Below, piece after piece: positions 9,455 through 20,400 of a stretch of 64,000 bases of DNA. Both the position numbers and the translations under genes were made by a program. The stretch is from an uncultured Acidobacteriota bacterium (GTDB lineage Bacteria > Acidobacteriota > Thermoanaerobaculia > UBA5066 > Gp7-AA6). Below the pieces are notes generated by a model, which made no database searches, was not told the origin of the DNA, and saw only the letters and a list, made by a program, of their open reading frames with translations. The stretch lies in NCBI GenBank assembly GCA_963764715.1, contig CAVXTP010000010.1, positions 32,001-96,000 of the forward strand, given 5' to 3'. Position 1 is the stretch's first letter; each line of letters opens with the position of its first letter.

Positions 9455-10489
9455 ATGTTCATCGACACCGCCGAGATCTTCGTCAAGGCCGGCGACGGCG
9501 GCAACGGCTGCATCGCCTTCCGGCGCGAGAAGTTCGTCGCCAAGGGCGGGCCCAACGGCGGCGACGGCGGGCATGGCGGGTCGGTCTGGGCCGTCGCCGA
9601 CCCGGCGTACAACACGCTCTACCACCTGCGCCACCAGAGCCACTACCGCGCAGAGCGCGGAGAGCACGGCATGGGCTCGAATTGCCACGGCAAGACCGGG
9701 GCGGACGTCGAGGTCCACCTGCCGCTCGGCTCCGTCGTGACCGACAAGGAGAGCGGCGAGCTCGTCGCCGATCTCGTGACGGCGGGGGAGCGGGTCCTCC
9801 TCGTCAAGGGCGGCAACGGCGGGTGGGGCAACCAGCACTTCGCGACCCCGACGCGCCAGGCGCCGCGCTTCGCCAAGCCGGGGCTGCCCGGCGAGGAGCG
9901 GCATCTGGCGATCGAGCTCAAGCTCCTCGCCGACGTCGCGATCATCGGCTTTCCCAACGCCGGCAAGTCCACGCTCATCTCGGCGATCTCGGCCGCGAAG
10001 CCGAAGATCGCCGACTACCCGTTCACCACGCTCGTGCCGCACCTCGGCGTCGTGACGTCGCACGACGCGCGCACGCTCGTCGTGGCCGACATCCCGGGGT
10101 TGATCGAGGGCGCCCACCACGGCGCGGGTCTCGGGCTCCAGTTCCTGAAGCACGTCGAGCGCTGCCGGCTCCTGTGCCATCTCGTCGACGCCTCCGGTTC
10201 GGGCGACGCCGAGGCGGACGTCGCGACGATCGAGGGCGAGCTCGCGGAGTTCTCGAAGGAAGTCTCCGAACGCCCGCGCGTGATCGTCGCCTCCAAGGTC
10301 GACGCGGTGTCGGATCCGGAGCGCCTGGCGTCGATCCGCCGGGCCGCCGGGCGACGGGGTCTCCCGTTCTTCGAGATCTCGGCCGCCACGCACGCGGGGC
10401 TCCCGGAGCTCGTCGCGCACCTGTTCCACCAGGTCACCCGGCCCGTCGAGCCGAAAGTCGAGCCTCCGCCCGCCCCCGCGGCGCCGTAG
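9455..10489 (+). CDS. obgE: GTPase ObgE/CgtA
   Basis: [18 protein letters not shown]; GFPNAGKST; DYPFTTL; [10 protein letters not shown]. Confidence 0.97.
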   Translation: MFIDTAEIFVKAGDGGNGCIAFRREKFVAKGGPNGGDGGHGGSVWAVADPAYNTLYHLRHQSHYRAERGEHGMGSNCHGKTGADVEVHLPLGSVVTDKESGELVADLVTAGERVLLVKGGNGGWGNQHFATPTRQAPRFAKPGLPGEERHLAIELKLLADVAIIGFPNAGKSTLISAISAAKPKIADYPFTTLVPHLGVVTSHDARTLVVADIPGLIEGAHHGAGLGLQFLKHVERCRLLCHLVDASGSGDAEADVATIEGELAEFSKEVSERPRVIVASKVDAVSDPERLASIRRAAGRRGLPFFEISAATHAGLPELVAHLFHQVTRPVEPKVEPPPAPAAP

Positions 10490-10499
10490 ACTCCCGCTG

Positions 10500-11105
10500 A
10501 TGCGCATGGGAATCTTTGGCGGAACCTTCGACCCGGTCCACAACGGCCACGTCCTCCCGGTCGAAGCGGCCGCGATGAAGTTCCAGCTCCGCCGCGTGAT
10601 CTACGTCCCGGCGCGCCTCTCGCCCCACAAGCACGCAGCCCCGACCGATCCGCGGCACCGCGTCGCGATGCTCGCGCTGGCGATCCAGAACCGGCCGGAC
10701 TGGACGATCGACCTCGAAGAGCTCGACCGCGAGCCGCCCTCGTACACCATCGACACGCTCGCTTCGATCCAGGCCCGCCATCCCGGCGACGAGCTCTGGC
10801 TCCTCATGGGCACGGACCTCCTCGCCGGTTTCGACCGGTGGAGGCAGCCCGAAGACATCCTGAAGATCGCGCGAATCGCGGCCTTTCACCGGGAGCCCTA
10901 CGTCGGGGAACGGCTCGAGATCCCGAAAGTCGCGGGCCTCGCGGATCGACTGTCCGTTTTCGACGCCGGATCGGTTAGAATCTCTGCGACGGCGATTCGG
11001 AACGATCTCGCGGCCGGACAGGGCCTCGGGGGGCGGGTTCCGGGGCCGGTCGCGGAGTACATCACGAAGCACGGTCTCTACAAGCCGGGGACGCTCGAAC
11101 GTTGA
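10500..11105 (+). CDS. nadD: Nicotinate-nucleotide adenylyltransferase
   Basis: GIFGGTFDPVHNGH; SYTIDTL; ISATAIR. Confidence 0.95.
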   Translation: MRMGIFGGTFDPVHNGHVLPVEAAAMKFQLRRVIYVPARLSPHKHAAPTDPRHRVAMLALAIQNRPDWTIDLEELDREPPSYTIDTLASIQARHPGDELWLLMGTDLLAGFDRWRQPEDILKIARIAAFHREPYVGERLEIPKVAGLADRLSVFDAGSVRISATAIRNDLAAGQGLGGRVPGPVAEYITKHGLYKPGTLER

Positions 11106-11485
11106 AACCCGGCTTTTCGGCCCAGGACAAAGTCCGGGAAGGTCTCACCGCGGCTCTCGACCGCAAAGCCGCCGCCGTCCTCGTCTTCAACCTCACGGAG
11201 CTCACGACGATGGCGGAGTACTTCGTGCTGTCCACGGCGAGCTCGGACCGCCAGGCCCGCGCCATCGCCGACGCCATCGCCGAGAAGCTCGGCCCGGCGA
11301 GCTCGGTCGAGGGCCTCGCCGCCGCGCACTGGATCCTGATGGATTACGGCGACGTCGTCTTCCACGTGTTCCAGGAGGAGGCGCGCAAGTTCTACGCGCT
11401 CGAGCGCCTCTGGGGCGACGCGCCCGACGAGACCGGTGTCTTCGGACGGAGGCTCGAAGCCGCCGACGGGAGCTCGCGGATTTGA
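11102..11485 (+). CDS. rsfS: Ribosome silencing factor
   Basis: WILMDYGDVVFHVF..R.FYALERLWGD. Confidence 0.95.
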   Translation: MKPGFSAQDKVREGLTAALDRKAAAVLVFNLTELTTMAEYFVLSTASSDRQARAIADAIAEKLGPASSVEGLAAAHWILMDYGDVVFHVFQEEARKFYALERLWGDAPDETGVFGRRLEAADGSSRI

Positions 11486-11538
11486 GGCGGCCCCTCGACG
11501 GGGCCGAACGAGTTTAACGGTCGCGCTCGCGGCATCCC

Positions 11539-12510
11539 ATGGCCGAAAAAAGATCGAATTCTCTCCGGTCGCACTTCCGAACGCGCAACCGGCCGCTCGC
11601 GCGCGAGATCGAGGCCGTCGAGCGGGCCGCCGACCTGCCGTCCACGATCCTGATCCTCGGGGAGAGCGGGACGGGCAAAGACCGCCTCGCCCGCGCCATC
11701 CACGACGTCTCGAACCGCGGCGGAAGCCCCTTCGTGCGCGTCGACGCGGCCAATCTCTCCGACGAGCTCTTCGAGAGCGAGCTCTTCGGCCACGAACGGG
11801 GGGCCTTCACCGGGGCCATCGCGGCCAAGAAGGGCCTGCTCGAGGTGGCGGAAGGGGGCACGGTCTACCTCGACGAGGTGTCGTCCCTGTCGCCCGCCGC
11901 GCAGGCCAAGTTCCTGCGCGTCCTCCAGGAGAAGAACTTCCGGCGCCTCGCGGGCGTGACGACGCACCCCTTCCGCGCGCGGCTCATCGTGTCCTCGCGA
12001 CGGGACCTCGCGTCGCTCGTCGAGCGGGGCGGGTTCCGCGACGACCTCTTCTATCGAATCGACGTCGTCTCGATCCGCCTCCCGAGGCTCGCCGAGCGGC
12101 CCGAGGACGTCCTGCCGCTCGCGCGGGAGTTTCTCCGGCGCGCCGCGCGCGCCTACGACCGGCCGGCGCGCCGCTTCACGAAGGAGGCCGAGTCCACGCT
12201 CGCGCGTCATGCGTGGCCCGGCAACGTCCGCGAGCTGCTCCACGCGGTCGAGAAAGCCGTTCTCACCGCGGATTCAACGGACATCGGACCGCAGGACCTT
12301 CCGACCGGGGCGCTCGGCGCGCCGGAGTCGCTCCTCTCGGCCGGGGTCGAGCAGCGCTGGACGCTCCGCGAGCTCTCGGACGCCTACATCGAGGAAACGC
12401 TCCGGCGGGCCGGCGGGAATCGCTCTCTGGCGGCGAAGCGGCTCGGGGTGTCGCGCAAGTTCCTGTGGGAACGCGAGAAAAAACGGCCCTCGAAACCGGC
12501 TGTTAAGTGA
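11539..12510 (+). CDS. sigma54-dependent activator (AAA+ and HTH) lacking an N-terminal regulatory domain
   Basis: GESGTGKD, ESELFGHERGAFTGA, YLDEV, WPGNVREL, C-terminal HTH; only ~35 aa precede the AAA+ domain. Confidence 0.9.
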   Translation: MAEKRSNSLRSHFRTRNRPLAREIEAVERAADLPSTILILGESGTGKDRLARAIHDVSNRGGSPFVRVDAANLSDELFESELFGHERGAFTGAIAAKKGLLEVAEGGTVYLDEVSSLSPAAQAKFLRVLQEKNFRRLAGVTTHPFRARLIVSSRRDLASLVERGGFRDDLFYRIDVVSIRLPRLAERPEDVLPLAREFLRRAARAYDRPARRFTKEAESTLARHAWPGNVRELLHAVEKAVLTADSTDIGPQDLPTGALGAPESLLSAGVEQRWTLRELSDAYIEETLRRAGGNRSLAAKRLGVSRKFLWEREKKRPSKPAVK

Positions 12511-12611
12511 CGGATTTCGCTCGACTTCCTGACGGAATCGGTTATCATCGCGGATCCAAAATGCTGCCCCTTCGGACAGGGAGAGGGGGCCCGAGAAAAG
12601 GAGTATCAGGA

Positions 12612-13001
12612 ATGCCTTCGACAGCGGCCAAGGCCGTCCGGATGAGCAAGAAGGACATGGAGAAATACCGGCGCCTTCTCGAGGACAAGAAGGCGAGCCT
12701 TTCGTCGGACCTCGCCAAGACCCGGAGCGCCGAGGAAGAGACCGGAGACGAAGCCACCCAGGACATCGCCGACAAGGCCGTGTCCTCGTACACCCGCGAG
12801 TTCCTGTATTCGCTGACCGACGGCGAGCGCTCGACGCTGCTCCAGATCGACGACGCGCTCGGCCGGATCGACGACGCCACGTACGGACTCTGCATCAACT
12901 GCGGCCAGCCCATGGCCGAGAAGCGCCTCACGGCGGTTCCCTGGGCTCCCTACTGCGTCGACTGCCAGGAGCTCGCCGAGAAGGGGATGCTCCCCAACTA
13001 A
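12612..13001 (+). CDS. dksA: DksA/TraR C4 zinc-finger protein
   Basis: DIADKA coiled-coil tip; CINC..CVDC; AGGAG RBS. Confidence 0.85.
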   Translation: MPSTAAKAVRMSKKDMEKYRRLLEDKKASLSSDLAKTRSAEEETGDEATQDIADKAVSSYTREFLYSLTDGERSTLLQIDDALGRIDDATYGLCINCGQPMAEKRLTAVPWAPYCVDCQELAEKGMLPN

Positions 13002-13026
13002 GCCCGCAAAGTTCCTTTGCTCGTGG

Positions 13027-13059
13027 GGCCCCGCCGGTGACGCCGGCGGGGCCTTTTTT
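13027..13059 (+). terminator. Intrinsic terminator
   Basis: GGCCCCGCCGG-5 nt-CCGGCGGGGCC then T6. Confidence 0.9.
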
Positions 13060-13128
13060 CGTGGGGTGGGAGAGATCCGATGCATTTCCATCACGTTTCC
13101 GCACCCCGAATCCGTAACAGTAAGGAAG

Positions 13129-15084
13129 ATGGCGATCACCATGCCTGCGGTCTGGCTCTGGCTGATCTCGGGAGCGCTTCTTGTGTTCCCGTCGAGGCCT
13201 AACTCCGAGACGGCCGCGCGCGAGCCGGTCGAGACGCGCTCTTGGATGCTCGCCGGCCCGTACTCGGCCTACGTGGCCCGGATCGCAGTCGATCCGCGGA
13301 ATGCCGACGTCGTCTACATGGCGGCCGACTATGAGTTGTTCCAGAGCGAGGACGGAGGTCAGTCGTGGCAGCCCAACCGCGCCGTCTCGTACGTGCCCAG
13401 CGTTACTCTCGACCCCTCCCGCCCCGACGTCGTCTTCGTCGCAGGCAACGGCGTGCGTCGGTCCGACGACGGCGGCCGGACGTGGGCGGTCATGAACGCC
13501 GGGCTCGCGAGCCTCGACACCGACGAGATCGCGGTCGCGCCCTCCCGACCGGACACGGTGTACTGCCACACGAGCCTCGACGTCTACCGAAGTCTGAGCC
13601 GCGGACAGACATGGCTCCGCCTGGACGGTCCCTGGCCCGGTGGCGCGTCGATCTCGTGGTTGCGGGTGGACCCTCGATTCGCGGATACGGTCTACGTCGG
13701 AGTGACCGAGGGCCTGGCGTATAGGACGCGGGACGGCGGCCGTCACTGGGCGCCCATCGGGCTCGGACTATCGTCACCCGTGGCACCCATCGCGGTGGAC
13801 CCGACCGACTCGCGGATCCTCTATTCCGGCGGCTTCAAGAGCATGGATGGGGGGTACCTGTGGGGCCCGATGTTCACGCAGGGTTGGGAGGCCGCCGTGG
13901 ACCCGAGCGAGCCGTCGACGCTGTATCTCGCCGGAGACGAAGGCGTCTCGAAGAGCACCGACGCCGGACGCCGCTGGACGTTCCACGGCGAGGGCTTCCC
14001 GCCGGCGGTCTTCGTTCAGACCCTTGCGGTCGCTCCCGGGAGCACGTCGATTCTCTACGCCGGGACCAGCGGAGACGGCGTGTACCGAAGCGACGACGGA
14101 GGCGTGACGTGGAGTCCGAGATGCCGGGGTCTGACGCCCGTCGCCGTCGGGTCGGTGGCGGTGAGCACGACTTCCGCCTCGACGAGCATCTACGCCGGAA
14201 CCAGCTTCGAAGAGCACGGCAAACTCTACGGGGACTCCGGCCCGACCGGGAGTTGGATCGACGTGGGGCCGCGGGAAGGACGGGCTCTTCTCCCGGACGT
14301 GACGGTCGCCCTCGATCCACGGGCTCCGGCCACCCTGTACGTGGCCGAGGGACGCTGCTACGACAGGCTGGGGCTGTGCGACGGCGGGCTGTTTCGCAGC
14401 CTCGATGCCGGCCTTCACTGGACCCGTCTCCGGGACGAGTCCACGATCGGCGTGTTCCTCGATCCCCGAAATCCGGCGATCCTCTACGCCATCGTCCAGC
14501 AGTATCTTGCCAACCCGGCCGGGTTGCCTCCCTTCCTGCACGCGCAGCACGGCGTGACCAGCGCGGACGGCGGCGCGACGTGGAGCGACGTGAACCTTCC
14601 TTCACCGACCGTACTTGCATTCGAAGCGGCGGGCGCCGGCATCTTCGCCGGGACGGCTGCCGATGGGGTCTTCCGCTCCACGGACGGCGGTGCGAGCTGG
14701 GCGCCTTTCTCCATCGGGCTGCCCGCATCGGCGATCCGGGCGCTGGCTGTGAACCCTCGAGCCGGCTCGACCGTGTTTGCCTCGACGGATGTCGGAGTGT
14801 TCCGCAGTACCGACTCGGGCTCGTCGTGGGAAGCGACCGACCTCGCGATTCCCGCGTGGTGCCTGGTCTTCGACGCGAGCCCGAGCCCGTTCCTCTATGC
14901 CGGGACCTCGGACGGCGTCCGGCGGAGCGGGGATGGTTTGCGCTGGCGCCCGGTGGGCGGGGGTCTCGGCGAAGTGCGCGGCCTGGCGATCGATCCGACG
15001 GGCCGCCGGATCTGGGCGGCGACCGCGAGCGGACTTTTCGTATGGGACACGCCTCGGGGGCCAACGCACACCGTCGCGCGCTAG
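13129..15084 (+). CDS. Secreted BNR/Asp-box (YCF48/sortilin-like) beta-propeller protein
   Basis: Many S.DGG.TW repeats; hydrophobic N-terminus; start uncertain. Confidence 0.82.
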   Translation: MAITMPAVWLWLISGALLVFPSRPNSETAAREPVETRSWMLAGPYSAYVARIAVDPRNADVVYMAADYELFQSEDGGQSWQPNRAVSYVPSVTLDPSRPDVVFVAGNGVRRSDDGGRTWAVMNAGLASLDTDEIAVAPSRPDTVYCHTSLDVYRSLSRGQTWLRLDGPWPGGASISWLRVDPRFADTVYVGVTEGLAYRTRDGGRHWAPIGLGLSSPVAPIAVDPTDSRILYSGGFKSMDGGYLWGPMFTQGWEAAVDPSEPSTLYLAGDEGVSKSTDAGRRWTFHGEGFPPAVFVQTLAVAPGSTSILYAGTSGDGVYRSDDGGVTWSPRCRGLTPVAVGSVAVSTTSASTSIYAGTSFEEHGKLYGDSGPTGSWIDVGPREGRALLPDVTVALDPRAPATLYVAEGRCYDRLGLCDGGLFRSLDAGLHWTRLRDESTIGVFLDPRNPAILYAIVQQYLANPAGLPPFLHAQHGVTSADGGATWSDVNLPSPTVLAFEAAGAGIFAGTAADGVFRSTDGGASWAPFSIGLPASAIRALAVNPRAGSTVFASTDVGVFRSTDSGSSWEATDLAIPAWCLVFDASPSPFLYAGTSDGVRRSGDGLRWRPVGGGLGEVRGLAIDPTGRRIWAATASGLFVWDTPRGPTHTVAR

Positions 15085-15108
15085 GCGCCCGGCGTTAGAC
15101 TCCGCCTC

Positions 15109-16464
15109 GTGACCAAGGCGGTCTTTTCCGACAAAGCCGTGCCCGGTTTCGCCGACGCGCCCGCGGCGATCCTCGTGACCGGGGACGTCGAGTTCTTCGT
15201 CGAGGAGGCCGCCGGGAGGGCGCGGGAGATCCTGGCAGGGAAAGACGACGCGGAGGTCCTGCGCTTCGAGGACGACGCGCCGGTCGAATCCGTCTCGGAC
15301 GCGCTGCTGAACCGCTCGCTCTTCTCGCCGCGGCGGATCGTCGAGCTCGACATTTCGCGGCTCCTCGGCACGGAGGCGCCGGGGCGGCTCCTCGTCAAGG
15401 CGCTCGAGGCCTGGGAGGCCGGCAAGCGGCGCGAGGCCTTCAAGCAGGCCCGGGCGCTGCTCGCGGCGCTCGACCTGACGCTCGAGGCTCCCGAGGAGAC
15501 GGCCGAGGCCGCGGCGCGCAAGGTCCGCCGGAAGGACGAGGCGCCGCTTCTCGCCGAGATCCTCAAGGAGCTGCCGGACGAGAAGGGCGGGGGAGCGGCG
15601 GTGCTTCGCTCGGCGCTGCGGTCGCTGCTGGCGCGCGACGAGAACGACGGGACCGTGGCGCTCCTGACGGCCGTGGCTCCGCCGGCCGGCGTCGACCTCG
15701 TCAAGGAGATCGCGGAGCGGGGACTCGTGCTCGAGACCTCGGTCGGCGACGACGCCGAGCCGGCGCTCCGGCGGCTGGCGGCGGCGCGCGCGAAGGAACG
15801 CGAGGTCGTCCTCGATCCGGCGGCGGTCGAGCGCCTCCTCGTCCGCACGGACTCGCGGGCGGCGGCCTTCGCCCTGGAGCTCGAGAAGCTCCTCGAGTGG
15901 GCGGGCAAGGGCGGGCGCATCCGGGCCGCGGACATCGAGTCGAACGTCGAGGACGAGTCCTCCGAGGACGTCTACGGGCTCTTCGACGCCCTCGGCCGTC
16001 GCGACGCCGGGGACGTCCTGGCGAGGCTCGAGAGGCTGCTCGACGGCCGCGACGTGCGCGCCGGCGACCGCGAGTTCCGCAAGATCGAGGACATCTGGCC
16101 CGTCCAGCTCCTCGGGATGCTCGCGGGCGAGATCCGGCGGATGCTGCTGATCCGGGCGCGGCTCGACGAAGGGGGGACGACGGGGTTCGAGGCCTCGATG
16201 TCCTACCAGACCTTCCAGGCCCGCGTCCTGCCGCGCCTCATGGCCCCCGCGGCGCCGTTCGGCCGGTCGCCCTTCGAGTCGGCCCAGGGCGGGGCGCACC
16301 CATTCGGCCTCTACAAGTCGGCCCAGCGCTCCGCGAAGTACACGACGCGGCAGCTCGCGCGGGCGCTCGCGCGCGCCGCCGACGTCGATACGGCGCTCAA
16401 GAACTCCGCTCCGCCCCTCGAGCTGCTGTCGAGTTACCTGGGCGAGCTCGTCGCGGGAGCCTAG
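15109..16464 (+). CDS. holA: Probable DNA polymerase III delta subunit (divergent, with insertions)
   Basis: LLNRSLFSPRRIV; ELEKLLEW; EDVYGLFDAL; D.ALKNS C-terminus. Confidence 0.65.
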   Translation: MTKAVFSDKAVPGFADAPAAILVTGDVEFFVEEAAGRAREILAGKDDAEVLRFEDDAPVESVSDALLNRSLFSPRRIVELDISRLLGTEAPGRLLVKALEAWEAGKRREAFKQARALLAALDLTLEAPEETAEAAARKVRRKDEAPLLAEILKELPDEKGGGAAVLRSALRSLLARDENDGTVALLTAVAPPAGVDLVKEIAERGLVLETSVGDDAEPALRRLAAARAKEREVVLDPAAVERLLVRTDSRAAAFALELEKLLEWAGKGGRIRAADIESNVEDESSEDVYGLFDALGRRDAGDVLARLERLLDGRDVRAGDREFRKIEDIWPVQLLGMLAGEIRRMLLIRARLDEGGTTGFEASMSYQTFQARVLPRLMAPAAPFGRSPFESAQGGAHPFGLYKSAQRSAKYTTRQLARALARAADVDTALKNSAPPLELLSSYLGELVAGA

Positions 16465-16571
16465 GATGTGGGGTCAGACAGACCCCCTAAAACGCGGGGG
16501 GCGGCCGCCACGGTGGGCGCCGCCCTGTCTTTTTGGAAGGTCTCGATGTCTAACCTAATATACGGAGCAAC

Positions 16572-17342
16572 ATGGCCGACAGTTTCAGCATTGATCTTTC
16601 TCCCCGAACTGCCCTGATCACAGGGGGTTCCCGCGGGATCGGCCGGGCGACGGCGGTGCTGCTCGCCCGGGCGGGCGCCCGCGTGGCCGTCAACTACGTC
16701 CGCGACGAGGCCGCGGCCAACGGTCTCGTGCGCGAGATCCGGGCTTCGGGCGGCGAGGCCATGGCGCTCGCCGGCGACGTGGCCCAGGCCGATCAGGCCC
16801 GCCAGCTCGTCCGCGACGTGGTGGCCGCCTGGGGGCGCCTCGACATCATCGTGTTGAACGCCGGCATCTGGGAGGAGGACGTATCGGGGCGGGGCGACGT
16901 CGAGGTCTGGGACCGGACGTACGCGATCAACCTCCGCGGCGCCTTCCTCGTGACCGACGCGGCGACGCCGCACCTCGAGAAGCACGGCGGCTCGATCGTC
17001 TTCGTCTCCTCGACGGCCGGCCAGCGCGGCGAGGCGCGTCACTCGGCCTACGCGGCGTCGAAGGGCGCGCTGATTTCGTACACCAAGTCGCTCGCGGCCG
17101 AGCTCGGCCCGCGCGGGATCCGGGTCAACTGCGTCGCCCCCGGCTGGGTGGACACCGACATGTCGGCCGGGACGCTCGCCAACCCGATCGCCCGGTCCGA
17201 CATCGAGAAGACGATCCCGATCGGGCGCATCGCCTCCGCGGCCGACATCGCCGGCCCGATCCTCTTCCTCGTCTCGGACCTCGCCCGGCACCTCCAGGGC
17301 GAGATCGTGAACGTCAACGGCGGGAGCGTTCTCGTTGGATAG
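16572..17342 (+). CDS. Short-chain dehydrogenase/reductase (FabG-like)
   Basis: TGGSRGIG; NAG; YAASK; VAPGWVDTDM. Confidence 0.93.
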   Translation: MADSFSIDLSPRTALITGGSRGIGRATAVLLARAGARVAVNYVRDEAAANGLVREIRASGGEAMALAGDVAQADQARQLVRDVVAAWGRLDIIVLNAGIWEEDVSGRGDVEVWDRTYAINLRGAFLVTDAATPHLEKHGGSIVFVSSTAGQRGEARHSAYAASKGALISYTKSLAAELGPRGIRVNCVAPGWVDTDMSAGTLANPIARSDIEKTIPIGRIASAADIAGPILFLVSDLARHLQGEIVNVNGGSVLVG

Positions 17343-17357
17343 GGGGCGGCTCCGGTC

Positions 17358-17407
17358 GTAGGGGCGGGGCTCGTCCCCGCCCGGGCGGCCGCACGGGCCG
17401 CCTCTAC
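17358..17407. repeat. Inverted REP doublet
   Basis: GTAGGGGCGGGGCTCGTCCCCGCCC directly followed by GGGCGGCCGCACGGGCCGCCTCTAC. Confidence 0.85.
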
Positions 17408-17426
17408 GCGCGTGAGGCGAGAGCCG

Positions 17427-20400
17427 ATGGAGAAGCTCGACCGGAAGGACCTGCGGTTCCTCGCCGCGTGCCTCCTCGTCATCGCGGCCGGGGCGGCGAT
17501 CACGACGGCCCTGTTCCCGCGCGCCTTTCCCGAGGCCTCGATCGAGTTCAAGGTCAACCGGGGCGAGGCGCGCAAGCTCGCCGAGGCCTTCCTCGCCGAG
17601 CGCGGAGCGAAGCTCGCCGGAACACGCTTCGCCGGGCAGTTCGACGTCGACGAGACGGCCAAGACGTACCTCGAGCGCGAGCTGGGGCTCGAGAACGCCG
17701 GGCGGCTGTATGGCAGAGAAGCCAAGATCTGGCTCTGGCGGATGCGCTGGTTCCGCTCCGGCGTCACCGAGGAGGAGCGCGCGGCCTTCTCGCCGCTCGG
17801 GGACCTCATCGGCTTCCGGTCGGTTCTGAAGGAGGACGCCCGGGGAGCGCGGCTCTCCCGCGAGGAGGCCCGCGCCCTGGCGCTGCGGTTCCTCGCGACG
17901 CGGGGCCTCCCCGAGACGAGCCTGCAGGCGATCGAGGCGACCCCCGTCTCGCGGCCGAACCGGACCGACTGGAATTTCGTCGACGAGAAGGCGGGAGTGA
18001 AGCTCGCCGATGCGACCATCCGCTACGCGACGACGGTCTCGGGCGACCGGGTCACGGCCTTCCGCGAGTTCGTTCACGTCCCGGAGGGCTGGGTCCGGGA
18101 GTACGACCGCCTGCGCGCGAAGAACAACGCCGCGGGCCAGGTCGCGACGGCCGGCCTCATCGCGACCGTCCTCGCGATGCTCGGCGTCCTCGTAGGCAAG
18201 ATCGCCCGCAAGGACGTGCCGTGGCGCCTCGTCGCGGCGTTCGGCGGGATCGGATTCGTGCTGTCGCTGCTGTCGGTCGCCAACGACCTTCCGCTGACGA
18301 TCTTCGGTTACGACACGGCGAGCTCGCTTCAGTCCTACATGACGAGCCAGATCGTCCTCGGCCTGCTCGGGGCGATTGGCACGGGCGCCGGGATCGCGCT
18401 CGTCGTGGCCGCGGCCGAACCCATCTACCGCGAGCGCTTCCCGGAAAAGATCTCGCTCGCGGGCGCGTTCTCGGCGCGCGGCATCCAGACGAAGGGATTC
18501 CTGAAGAGCGTCCTCCTGGGCTACGCGCTGGCCGCCTTCTTCTTCGCCTACCAGGCCGTTTTCTACGTCGTGGCCGGGCACTTCGGGGCCTGGGCGCCGG
18601 CCGACGTTCCGTACAGCGACATGCTGAACACGGCGCTTCCGTGGGCGACGGTGCTCCTGATCGGCTTCCTGCCGGCGGTGACCGAAGAGGGCATCAGCCG
18701 GATGTTCTCGATCTCGTTTCTCGACAAGCTCGGGGCCGGCCGCTTCGTCGCGGTGGTCGTGCCGGCGTTCATCTGGGGGTTCGGGCACTCGACGTATCCG
18801 AACCAGCCCTTCTACATCCGGGGCCTCGAGGTGGGATTCGCCGGCGTCCTGATCGGGTTCCTGATGCTGCGCTTCGGCGTCGTGCCGCTGCTCGTCTGGC
18901 ACTTCACGGTCGACGCGATCTACACGGCGCTCCTGCTGCTGCGCTCGGGCAACGCGTACTACGTCGTCTCGGGGGCGATCGCCTCGGGGATCCTGCTGCT
19001 TCCCCTGCTCGTGTCCCTGCTGCTGCGCGCCCGGAGGGGCGGATTCCTGCCCGCGGCCGGCCTGTCGAACGGGGACCTCGGCTTCGTCCCCGCGCCGGCG
19101 CCGTCCGCCGCCGCGGCGCCGCCGCCGCCCCTCCCGGTCCGGTCGCTCTCCCGCAGGGCGCTCGCTACGATGGGTGTGCTGGCCCTTCTTCTCGGGTCGT
19201 CGCTCGTGATCCCCGGCGACCGCACGGAGGCCGACGCCGAGGACGCGACGGGCCGGGCCGCGGCCGAGGCGATCGCCCGGCGCTTTCTCGAGGTCAACGG
19301 CGCCGACCCCTCGGACTGGCGGAGCGTCACGTACACCGGCACGGGCTTTTCCGACGACGAGGCCGTCCGGGCGGCCAAGCCCCAGGACGAGGGCGGCATC
19401 CCCGCCTTCTCGAGCGAGGCGGCGAAGTACGTCATCGAGAAGGGCGGGCCCGAGGCCTTCCGGCGACTGTCGCAGCGCGAGCTTCCGCTGGCGTACTGGG
19501 TCGTTCGCTACTTCCAGCCCGAGAAGAAGGAGGAGTGGAAGGTCCTCGTCGACGCCCGCCGGTCGCGCGTCGTGGCGTTCGTCCATCCGATCGCCGAGGA
19601 CGCCGCCGCGACGGGCCCCCCGCCGGCCGAGGTTGCGCAGCGTCGGGCCCTCGACGCGGCCGGAAAGCTCGGCTACCCGGCGTCGGCGTATGCGGTCCTG
19701 AACGTCGGCACCGAAGCCCGGCCGCAGCGGGTGGACACCACGGTGGTGCTCGAGGCCAACCCCGGCGGGATCGGCGACGCCCGCCCCCGGCTGACCGCCG
19801 TCTTCCACGGCCGGCAGCTCGCGGCCTTCCTTCCGACGATTCACGTCCCCGAGGATTTCCTGCGGGAACAGCGAAGCCGGTCGACCGGCGACTGGCTGCT
19901 CCTCGCGGTCCGCATCGTCGCGATGGGAGCCCTCGTCGGCGTCGCGATCATCCTCTTCCTGCGGCGCGTCCGGCAGCCCGAGTTCCGGTGGGCGGAGGCG
20001 CGGCGGCCGCTCGTCTGGACGGCCCTGATCGCCGCGGCCGGTCTCGCCAACGCTTTGCCCGCGGTCTTTCGCCGCTACACGACCGAGACGCCCATGTCGC
20101 TCTTCCAGGTCGGCGTCGCCATCTCGATGACGGCGGGCCTCGCCGTGACGCTGCTCGGGGCCCTCGTCGGGTTCGTGCTCATCTCGGGCGCGCGGCCCGG
20201 ATGGGCGCAGGCGCTGCGGCGCGGGGGGACGCCCAAGGGCGCCGTGGTCCGCGCCGCGGTCGCGGCGGCCGGCCTGCTGGGCCTGAGCCGCTGGACGCAC
20301 GTGATCTCCTCCCGGGTGCCCTCCCTCTACGAGCCGGACCCGACGCTGCCGGACAGCCTCGGCTACGCGCTTCCCCCGCTGGAGGTCCTCTGGGCGGCGG

